Position numbers and translations under genes: made by a program. The notes beneath the pieces are model-generated. The model did no database searches. It was not told the origin of the DNA and was given only the letters and a program-made list of their open reading frames with translations. DNA of 24,448 nt from a virus (taxonomy: Duplodnaviria; Caudoviricetes): IMG/VR virus record IMGVR_UViG_3300033514_000533, positions 1-24,448 of that record; one strand, given 5' to 3'. Below, piece after piece: positions 1 through 7,498 of the stretch; the first letter of the stretch is position 1, and each line of letters opens with the position of its first letter.

Positions 1-483
1 ATCATCATATAAATGCAATAAAGAGATTTGATAATATTTATTATATCCGTTATTTAGCGTCCTAATTCCGTTATTTTGATTAAAATCTTCAGCGATTGGC
101 AAAACGATAATATACACGTTTTCATTTAAAATGTCAATACTCTTAGTTATAAGTAATTTAATTAGATTTTCACAATTACGATTAAAATAAACATGTTGCA
201 AAAGGTAATACTGAATCGAGTCCAGCGGGCTTCTATCTGTAATAAAATTATCATTATATTCTATTAATGAACATCTTTCAGTAATCATTTCATGATAAAA
301 TTCAGCAACAATTTCTGGGTTTTCTATTCCCTTTTTAACCAAATCGTCTTGTGATTTTATCTGATATTTTGATAAATATTTGGTAGTTGGTATATTTAAT
401 ATATCAACATTTAAACGCGACGACAATGATTGCATTAATGTCGTTTTTCCTGTACCAGACGCACCACTCAAAATAATTTTCAT
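1..483 (-). CDS. P-loop nucleotide kinase/ATPase (dNMP/thymidylate kinase-like, AAA_28-type); runs off window start
   Basis: Not in the ORF track. ATG at 483-481 overlaps the TGA of the upstream ORF (ATGA). Translates MKIILSGASGTGKTTLMQ... with Walker A and a FITDRSPLD motif typical of nucleoside monophosphate kinases; open to position 1. Confidence 0.75.
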   Translation of the reverse strand, partial: MKIILSGASGTGKTTLMQSLSSRLNVDILNIPTTKYLSKYQIKSQDDLVKKGIENPEIVAEFYHEMITERCSLIEYNDNFITDRSPLDSIQYYLLQHVYFNRNCENLIKLLITKSIDILNENVYIIVLPIAEDFNQNNGIRTLNNGYNKYYQISLLHLYDD

Positions 484-2210
484 AACAACTTAATCTCCAA
501 TTCAAATGTTTTGAAAAGTGATTCTTTTTTCGCAGACGAAATCACTTCAGATGGTATTTGACCTAGTGTGATCAAACCATCGTGCATATTAACCAACACT
601 GTACAGTGCGGTGAATTCTCAATACCATTGCAAATATGCTGTATCGCGCTTGATTCATAGCTTGTAATGAAATGATAGCGAATTTTCAGAAAATTATAGT
701 AGATTTTTTTATCTAACACATGATAGTGCTTACCATTTGGTAATTTTATATAGATTTCATTATTGATTTCTATTTTGTTATCATTTAAATATCCGCGCAC
801 AACCTCATTAAATGAAGATAAATCATTTATTAAATCAGCCATTACAAGTGATATTTTCTTGCGATAAAAATCGGCTTCTCTCGCGTTAATACCTGCTTCC
901 ATAAGAAGCATATATAATGCACCTTCTTTACGGCGCAAAGACATGCCGTAAATCAAGCCATTAATAATGGCTTTTACTAAATTAACATATTTAGCATCCT
1001 GACTACCAAAAATCTCAATCGCTAAATTTTCTCTCGAAATTTCTCCGCGTGCGTACCTTCCGATCTTTTCGGAAGATTTATTGTTTAATGACAGCACCTC
1101 AGTTATGATTGTTGGGTGACATTTTTTAATGTCATAATTGTTATATTGCAACCCACTTAACGCATATCTCTTGAATTCTGTCGGCATATTTTGAAATGGT
1201 ACTTCTATTTCAGACCAACGTCCGCCTTCTTGTTCATTATAAATAGAAATATAGAACATATAGCCATCAATCTCCAATCCAACATCATTAAGATGCTTAA
1301 GATAATTGATAGCAATTGCGCGCTTAATGGTATCCGTTTCTTTATTAATATAATCGTTAATGCCAGATATATTTTGAGGAACGATATATCCTATTTTGCG
1401 TTTATCCGATGTTAATGACTTCTTTATTAATGACTTCGATGATTTCTTGGATAACTTTACAACAACAAAATCAACAGATTCAAGATCATTAATATCCTTA
1501 ATGGTCGCCAAATCTACAACAACACTTGCTGAATTGTCGTGATTATGATTATATTTATTGTAATCGTTAATATAGCCATTATACACGCTATTGGGTATTG
1601 TGTATCTGCGGCATTTGCGAATATTTGTTGATGAATACCCGGTGCGAAACAATAAATTAAATGACGCTAAAATATTTGTATCACGAATGCTATACTTGTA
1701 CATTAATAAATCGCGAGAAATCCCTGTGACCTTTTTTCTAAAGTCATGTTTATTAAATGTATCGCGAGTATTTGATGGATAGAAATTCTCAAAATACTTG
1801 GAAAAAGTATAGCAATGCACAAATCTAATGTATTGACTGATTAATTTAATTCTATGTTTAAATCCGAGTTTATCCTTCTTAAAACTAAATGTGGTTTTTT
1901 CAGACAACGTGGTTTTCAAATCATCATCTGAATATGAATTCAATAATGAAAAAAGAGATTTTACATATCCAGATGATAAATATACATAATTATACTGTTC
2001 CAATTGGTTGACGGGAATTTTGGTCGACGCGAGACTACCTAGTAATTTTTTAATTACTATAGGGTTATCTAATGATAATATCGAGGATAATTCCGTATCT
2101 TTATCGCTATTTCTAAACAATCTAGCGATTTGATTCACAATTAATCCTTTTGTGCTGCTATTTATCATTGGATTTTCTGCAAAAAACTCGTCCAAAACTC
2201 TCGTGTTCAT
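480..2210 (-). CDS. Stand-alone family A polymerase-superfamily protein (PolA/T7-RNAP palm; TV-Pol-like) with no recognisable exonuclease domain
   Basis: C-terminal ~250 aa carry ordered motifs: GGRWS (cf. TGRLSS), motif A YDIKKCHPTI, motif B VKAIINGLIYG, ESSAI helix, motif C VNMHDGLI. RBS AAGGAAAAC precedes the ATG. The N-terminal ~320 aa are unrecognised. Confidence 0.65.
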   Translation of the reverse strand: MNTRVLDEFFAENPMINSSTKGLIVNQIARLFRNSDKDTELSSILSLDNPIVIKKLLGSLASTKIPVNQLEQYNYVYLSSGYVKSLFSLLNSYSDDDLKTTLSEKTTFSFKKDKLGFKHRIKLISQYIRFVHCYTFSKYFENFYPSNTRDTFNKHDFRKKVTGISRDLLMYKYSIRDTNILASFNLLFRTGYSSTNIRKCRRYTIPNSVYNGYINDYNKYNHNHDNSASVVVDLATIKDINDLESVDFVVVKLSKKSSKSLIKKSLTSDKRKIGYIVPQNISGINDYINKETDTIKRAIAINYLKHLNDVGLEIDGYMFYISIYNEQEGGRWSEIEVPFQNMPTEFKRYALSGLQYNNYDIKKCHPTIITEVLSLNNKSSEKIGRYARGEISRENLAIEIFGSQDAKYVNLVKAIINGLIYGMSLRRKEGALYMLLMEAGINAREADFYRKKISLVMADLINDLSSFNEVVRGYLNDNKIEINNEIYIKLPNGKHYHVLDKKIYYNFLKIRYHFITSYESSAIQHICNGIENSPHCTVLVNMHDGLITLGQIPSEVISSAKKESLFKTFELEIKLL

Positions 2211-2230
2211 GTTTTCCTTTTGAAATTATG

Positions 2231-3172
2231 TTATTTATTTAGATGTAATAAAAAACCGATGGCATTCATGTATTCGCAATATTCCTGTGGACATTTGTAA
2301 AAATCATCTGCTATCTTATTAAAGAGATAAGCACCACCCCCAACAAAAGCTATAAAATCTAATTTATCAAGAATATCATTGAAATTATCTTTAAGTATTT
2401 TTTCAATATCTATTTTATATTGGTCTAACAATTCTTTTACAATTTGAGAAACATCATAGGTCGTGCCGCGTCTCTTAAATGAACGAGAATATAGCACATC
2501 TTGACATTCTTTTAACTGCAAATCAATTTTGTAATTCTCTTTGATTGTCTCTTGCAATTTCCTAGCAACCGAAATTAACCCTGATTCTTTAATTCCTTTA
2601 ACATTTCCAGTTGAAACCACACCATTAATAACATGACATACATCAATAGTATTGAAACCAATATCAACAACAAAATAACTTTTATCTTCTAAAAATTCAG
2701 ATGTTGGTGTTGGAAATGTTGTGTAATATTTTTGAAATGCTAATTTCGCACCCACACCTTGAGGAAGCAGCGATAATTTAGTGTTTCCCATTCCGTTTGT
2801 ATTCAAATAATTTCTGATTACTTGTTGATATATTTGTCTAATAGGCAAAATTTGATAATGAAAAATAGACAAACCACAGCAAATTCCATTAGGGATTATT
2901 CCTAACATATTAATTGCGTGCTGCAATAATAATGGCGTGTACTTTTCTAACTCATCGTATGTTACAATATTAATTATATCATTTCTTTTTAGTGCTAAAT
3001 CACCAACGTAATAATATTTTCCGTTATAAGGAATAAGATTTTTATCTGTTACTAATCCTGTTGGCGGTAATTCTGCAACAGTAGAACTGAACTTAAATAT
3101 CTTTGATATATTCTGACCATCTCCAAATACCACTTTTGATGCTCCGAATCCTAAATCAATACCTGCAATCAT
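2231..3172 (-). CDS. ParM/StbA-like actin-fold ATPase
   Basis: Phosphate-1 IAGIDLGFGASK, PQG, phosphate-2 VVDIGFNTID and adenosine FVGGGA motifs. Start is best placed at ATG 3172 (GAGGAG RBS; TAATG overlap with the upstream gene). Confidence 0.85.
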   Translation of the reverse strand: MIAGIDLGFGASKVVFGDGQNISKIFKFSSTVAELPPTGLVTDKNLIPYNGKYYYVGDLALKRNDIINIVTYDELEKYTPLLLQHAINMLGIIPNGICCGLSIFHYQILPIRQIYQQVIRNYLNTNGMGNTKLSLLPQGVGAKLAFQKYYTTFPTPTSEFLEDKSYFVVDIGFNTIDVCHVINGVVSTGNVKGIKESGLISVARKLQETIKENYKIDLQLKECQDVLYSRSFKRRGTTYDVSQIVKELLDQYKIDIEKILKDNFNDILDKLDFIAFVGGGAYLFNKIADDFYKCPQEYCEYMNAIGFLLHLNK

Positions 3173-3471
3173 TAAAAACACTCCTCTTCAGCGGGAAGAA
3201 AATCAATATCTTGTTGTGTGGAATTTACAGCGTCAACAGCAGCACGCTCCATTTTTTTGTAAAGAATTTCACTGTGATCTATTTCATTTTGCTCTAATTC
3301 TTCTTGAATTGTTGTATTGTTGTTAATACTGGGTAATATTACCGTTTCTGGTTTATCCACATCAACTTCTTTTTTTGTTTCTGTAGCAGAGTAAACTATT
3401 GGTGTTTTGTTATCAAAAACTATTGTTAGTGAATTAATTGGTTGATCTGTTTCTAATGATAATTTAAACAT
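3172..3471 (-). CDS. Small acidic protein translationally coupled to the ParM-like gene (possible adaptor)
   Basis: The ORF track start (3531) lies inside a promoter. ATG at 3471 has an AGGA RBS and gives 99 aa, MFKLSLETDQPINSLTIVFD...; its stop overlaps the ParM start. Confidence 0.65.
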   Translation of the reverse strand: MFKLSLETDQPINSLTIVFDNKTPIVYSATETKKEVDVDKPETVILPSINNNTTIQEELEQNEIDHSEILYKKMERAAVDAVNSTQQDIDFLPAEEECF

Positions 3472-3502
3472 TTTTTCCTGATCTTTATATATAAGGAAAG
3501 GC

Positions 3503-3531
3503 AGTATAGCATGAAAAAAATTAGATGTCAA
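3503..3531 (-). promoter_or_regulatory. sigma70 promoter PL1
   Basis: Minus strand TTGACA-N17-TATACT with TG extended -10. Confidence 0.8.
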
Positions 3532-3575
3532 TATAAAAATAAAAAAAACACGTTTACAATAATCTCTTTAAAAGC

Positions 3576-3604
3576 ATTATAACATCATCATAAATCATTG
3601 TCAA
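3576..3604 (-). promoter_or_regulatory. sigma70 promoter PL2
   Basis: Minus strand perfect TTGACA-N17-TATAAT with TG extended -10. Confidence 0.8.
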
Positions 3605-3671
3605 TAACTATATTTATATCCGTATATTAAATAAAATATTCAATATTATAGTTAAATTTCTTTAATAACAT

Positions 3672-3753
3672 TTTCTCTTATGCGTTAAACCCTAACCGTC
3701 TGCGTGCTTGTGCGGTCGCCGCACGCTGCGGAAGGGTAAACGCTCGTGAGAAA
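3672..3753 (+). repeat. GC-rich hairpin element, copy 1 (inverted relative to 4175-4256)
   Basis: Nested arms tttctc/gagaaa, gcgtt/aacgc, accct/agggt, ccgt/gcgg, gcgtgc/gcacgc around a 13-nt loop. Confidence 0.9.
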
Positions 3754-3788
3754 GTTCTCTAGTAATATAAAAAATATTAAAAGCATTG

Positions 3789-3936
3789 TATAATATAATA
3801 TATATAAACGAAAATTTGAGAAAGAATTATGTTGTGAGAAAAATTAAGTTCAGTCCTCATATTACAAACACATTGATATATATTCCTAACGCGTGCAACT
3901 TTTATAATTATTTGATTGTAAAGTAAATTCCTAGAA
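3789..3936 (+). repeat. ~150-bp direct repeat, copy A
   Basis: Matches 3996-4157. Contains an identical 27-bp core ttcctaacgcgtgcaacttttataatt (3883-3909 = 4103-4129) and begins with an AT-only tract. Confidence 0.9.
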
Positions 3937-3995
3937 GATGACGTGTTAAACATAATAAATATAGCATTTTTTAAAATAATTAATAAAAAGAATTA

Positions 3996-4157
3996 TATAA
4001 TATAATATATATAAATTAAATTTGAGAAAAAAATTAATTGAGAAAATGAGGTTGTGAGAAATATTAAGTTCATCCCCACACATAACACACACATTGATAT
4101 ATTTCCTAACGCGTGCAACTTTTATAATTGTTTGATTATGAAAGTAAATTCATAGAA
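3996..4157 (+). repeat. ~160-bp direct repeat, copy B
   Basis: Second copy, core offset 220 bp from copy A, with an extra TGAGAAA-containing insertion. Confidence 0.9.
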
Positions 4158-4174
4158 TCGTAGAAACTTATTTT

Positions 4175-4256
4175 TTTCTCACGAGCGTTTACCCTTCCGT
4201 AGCGGGCGGCACAGACGCAAGCCCGCAGACGGTTAGGGTTTAACGCATTAGAGAAA
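4175..4256 (-). repeat. GC-rich hairpin element, copy 2
   Basis: Reverse complement matches 3672-3753 closely. Inner stem is gcgggc/gcccgc (compensatory change versus gcgtgc/gcacgc); the loop is diverged but the same length. Confidence 0.9.
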
Positions 4257-4290
4257 TAATCAATTATAATTTTGGTGATTTTAATTTAGA

Positions 4291-4319
4291 TTGACAATGA
4301 GAAAATAAAATGATAATAT
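4291..4319 (+). promoter_or_regulatory. sigma70 promoter PR for the helicase operon
   Basis: TTGACA-N17-TAATAT with TG extended -10. Shares TTGACAATGA with PL2 and has a TGAGAAA box in the spacer. Confidence 0.7.
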
Positions 4320-4357
4320 GACAGTACGTGAAAAAAAGAAAAACAGGCAACAATTAA

Positions 4358-5752
4358 ATGATTAATGATCTTGCAGTATCATGTAGTTTGGGAAATACTA
4401 AAATAAGGGAAATTATATTTCCATTCTTACAAAGGATAAAATTTGATACACCTGCGGCTAGAATGATTAAAAAATATTTTTTAAATAGGAAAGATGGTAA
4501 TATTGAAATAGCAGAATTCACATCTTTTCTAGCAGGTACACCTTATGTAGATAAGGTGGATGGCGAGAAGAAAAATTTAAATTTTAATGAAATTAAGAAA
4601 ATTGTTGATATAGTAAAACACTATATAGATTTACCAGAGGATAAAATTGATGAATCTATAAAAACATTTGAAATTTATTATAAACAAAAATTAGCTAACA
4701 ATATTTTAAGTGACAATGATTCGCCGGAAAAGATTTTTGATGAATTTAAAAATGCAGAATTGTTTGATGCAAACAATATTAAAACCATTGATTCAGATGT
4801 AATTATTGAGAGAATTACGGATATTGAAATTGATGATGAAATAAGAAAAATTGGCACACCAATTCCTAGCTTTCTTAATAGCATTAATGAATCATGTAGT
4901 TATGGTGGATATATTAAAGGAACGATTAATTTAGTGTGCGCTCCACCGGGAGTAGGTAAAACTCTATTTATGTTAAATGAAGCAATAAATTTTTTAAGAC
5001 AAGGAAAAAAAGTATATTGGTTAAGTGTTGCAGATATGATGAAAATTGATATTATGACAAGAATGGCTTCAATATCTTGTAATATTCCAATGAAAGATGT
5101 GACCAGTAGATTACCTTTAAATGAACTTGATCAGCATTATTATAACATCTCTGTAGAAGAAATGTTATCAAAAAGAATAAAAAAATATTTTTATTGGGAA
5201 AACCATGATTTACAATATTACGACAATTTTTATTGTTCTATTGTTGATTCTGGGAGACTATCCGCTGATGATCTAGAGAGTGTTGTTAATAAAAAACTAA
5301 AACATCTTTTAGATAAGGATGTTGTTGATATTATTTTTTTAGATTATGATGGTGGAATTAAAAAAACTAAAAGTGATAATTCTTACGAAGAAGGTGAAAT
5401 ATTATACAATAAAGCTGTAGAAATAGCTAGAGATGATGAATCTAAATTATTATTTGTTGCTTCACAACCCGCCAAATGGTCATATTTGCACGAAGTTCTA
5501 TACATGGATAGTATCGGGGAATCTGCTAGAAAAGTTCAAATTGCAGATATGGGTATTTTTATTAGTAGGGTTACAACCAGTACAGGAGTTGTTAATATTG
5601 ATAGACAAAGACGTGGTGAGAAATTAAAATTTTTTTATGAAAGAAGTTCATCAGGAAGGATTTATGAAATTGACTATCATGAGTATCAGGAAATAAAACA
5701 AGAATATGATGAACAACAAAAGCGATTTGATAGTAGTTCAAAAAGAAGGTGA
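4358..5752 (+). CDS. Replicative SF4 helicase (DnaB/T4 gp41-like)
   Basis: Walker A APPGVGKT, H1a YWLSVADM, Walker B IIFLDYDG, H3 FVASQ, SIGESARKVQIAD and arginine-finger RQRRG. Confidence 0.85.
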   Translation: MINDLAVSCSLGNTKIREIIFPFLQRIKFDTPAARMIKKYFLNRKDGNIEIAEFTSFLAGTPYVDKVDGEKKNLNFNEIKKIVDIVKHYIDLPEDKIDESIKTFEIYYKQKLANNILSDNDSPEKIFDEFKNAELFDANNIKTIDSDVIIERITDIEIDDEIRKIGTPIPSFLNSINESCSYGGYIKGTINLVCAPPGVGKTLFMLNEAINFLRQGKKVYWLSVADMMKIDIMTRMASISCNIPMKDVTSRLPLNELDQHYYNISVEEMLSKRIKKYFYWENHDLQYYDNFYCSIVDSGRLSADDLESVVNKKLKHLLDKDVVDIIFLDYDGGIKKTKSDNSYEEGEILYNKAVEIARDDESKLLFVASQPAKWSYLHEVLYMDSIGESARKVQIADMGIFISRVTTSTGVVNIDRQRRGEKLKFFYERSSSGRIYEIDYHEYQEIKQEYDEQQKRFDSSSKRR

Positions 5753-6398
5753 AATACGTTTAGATTGCAAAATTCCATCTTTAAATTCTACATACAAATG
5801 TATGTGTAGAGGTGGTAAAGCTGTAATGTATAAGTCATCTGAAGTTAAGTTGTTTCAACAAGAATTAACATTAAAACTCGGTTTATCAGAAATAAAGCAT
5901 TTAAGCAAACTTCCCGCTAAAGAAGTTGAACAAGTTTATATGTTAATTAATTTAAAATTAAAAGAAAATCTGTATAAAAGGGATGCCTCAAATTCTCTAA
6001 AAATGATAGAAGACTGTATATCTAATGTAACTGGGATAAATGACAATAGAAATACAAAAGTGCTAGTATCGAAATCTTTATCGACAGATAGTTATGAATA
6101 CATTGGTATAAATACACTTGTTTTATTTAAAGAATCATGTATGAAAAAACTCGCAAAAAAAAACTTGGCTTTAATGGGATTCCCTTCGGAAATATCAGAT
6201 CAATATGTATTTATGTTAATGGTATTGGATGTTGGCGATTCGATTGAAACTAAATTATATAAAATAACAAAAAAATCTGCAACTCAATTTGAAATAAAAA
6301 TGAAAAATAGTAGTGTAGATACCGTAGCTGGAAAGATTATGGATACCAAAAGCACTTTTACTATTTTGACTGGTATTAAAGGTGGTGAATTTGAATGA
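5706..6398 (+). CDS. rusA: RusA-family Holliday junction resolvase with a C-terminal extension
   Basis: IPSLNSTY and KRDASNSLKMIEDC...GINDN match the RusA DxxNxxKxxxD...ND catalytic pattern. Confidence 0.75.
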   Translation: MMNNKSDLIVVQKEGEIRLDCKIPSLNSTYKCMCRGGKAVMYKSSEVKLFQQELTLKLGLSEIKHLSKLPAKEVEQVYMLINLKLKENLYKRDASNSLKMIEDCISNVTGINDNRNTKVLVSKSLSTDSYEYIGINTLVLFKESCMKKLAKKNLALMGFPSEISDQYVFMLMVLDVGDSIETKLYKITKKSATQFEIKMKNSSVDTVAGKIMDTKSTFTILTGIKGGEFE

Positions 6399-7497
6399 CG
6401 ATCATGATTTGATTTTATTTCTTAAAAATAAGAAGATAAATATTCTTAGTGATATACTAGAAGTATTAGCAAAAAAGATTAAATCACCAAATATAGGAAA
6501 TCCATTAAAAGAAGATATACGATTATCTATTTTTTATATTGCAAAAGAGATGTCTTTTAGATTAAAGACTGGTAAACATAATGATGACGCTTGTTTGAAT
6601 GCTGCGTTAGCATTTCTATATATAGTTGAAAGTGGTGATGAAATAACAGACACACAGTCAAAATTACGAACAATTTTACTGAATTATTATGCGAACAACC
6701 ATTTTTTAGCGCATGATAATGTACAAATGAGAAATGCAATTAGTGCTAATACTGATGAAAAAATCATATTTGAAGAGCATATAAAAAACGCTATAGCATC
6801 ATTACCTGTACAATATCAGAAAATGGTTTTACATCTATTTGTATATCCTAATGATATTAGCATCTTAAAAAGGATATTATCAAACGCTGAATCTATATCC
6901 GTATATTTGAAATTCAATGAAATACTAAAGTTACATGGATGTAGAGATTATTTTACCAATGATTTATCTAAGATATTGTTTTTAAGTTCGTATTATAAAA
7001 ACAATAACGCTATTACGTCACTGCTATTAATGTTTGGAGATATAAAGAAATTATTTCAATTTTGTGAATTTTACGGTGGTACAGAAATAAAAATACCAAC
7101 TACAGACGAATTGATTAATGCTGTAAAAAAAGCTAATGGATTGGCTGAAAAACTAACCGATAGATGTACAAGTGAATTAACTGTACGTGAAAACGAGTTT
7201 TTAGGATATTTAGCAACTACCGTTGATATGGATACAGGTAAATTACAGGTTAATCCGATTTTAGAAAATTATCTATTGACTTCTTTATCTGACTATGTTA
7301 ATATATCGTCTAAATATCATAAGATGCTCTTGAGAAATTCAAATGAAGAAAAAAGTGAAAAAAACTATGAGATATTAAACGATGAAATAATTAGACAATT
7401 AAATATTTTTAAACATATAAATGAATTATTATTTAACTCACAAGACCTATTAAACTTAATAAATATTATAAATCATCCATATAAAGAGAAAACATAA
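6382..7497 (+). CDS. Putative transcription regulator: sigma70/ECF-like N-terminus plus a Mor-like motif
   Basis: Region 2-like IFYIAKEM..DDACLNAALAFL..LRTILLNYY, region 4-like IKNAIASLPVQYQKMVL, and Mor/C-like FCEFYGGTEIKIPT. Exact start uncertain. Confidence 0.4.
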   Translation: MVNLNDDHDLILFLKNKKINILSDILEVLAKKIKSPNIGNPLKEDIRLSIFYIAKEMSFRLKTGKHNDDACLNAALAFLYIVESGDEITDTQSKLRTILLNYYANNHFLAHDNVQMRNAISANTDEKIIFEEHIKNAIASLPVQYQKMVLHLFVYPNDISILKRILSNAESISVYLKFNEILKLHGCRDYFTNDLSKILFLSSYYKNNNAITSLLLMFGDIKKLFQFCEFYGGTEIKIPTTDELINAVKKANGLAEKLTDRCTSELTVRENEFLGYLATTVDMDTGKLQVNPILENYLLTSLSDYVNISSKYHKMLLRNSNEEKSEKNYEILNDEIIRQLNIFKHINELLFNSQDLLNLINIINHPYKEKT

Positions 7498-7498
7498 A

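Larger units (their letters stand above)
3532..4357. other. Candidate replication origin / partition locus between divergent operons
   Basis: Largest non-coding gap in the window; AT-only tracts, iterated TGAGAAA, direct and inverted repeats; gene strand switches here; flanked by ParM-like and helicase genes. Function is inferred. Confidence 0.55.

Noticed and set aside
3672-4256. CRISPR array or IS/MITE terminal inverted repeats
   Set aside because: Only two copies of each repeat, no regular repeat-spacer period, no transposase and no evident target-site duplication.
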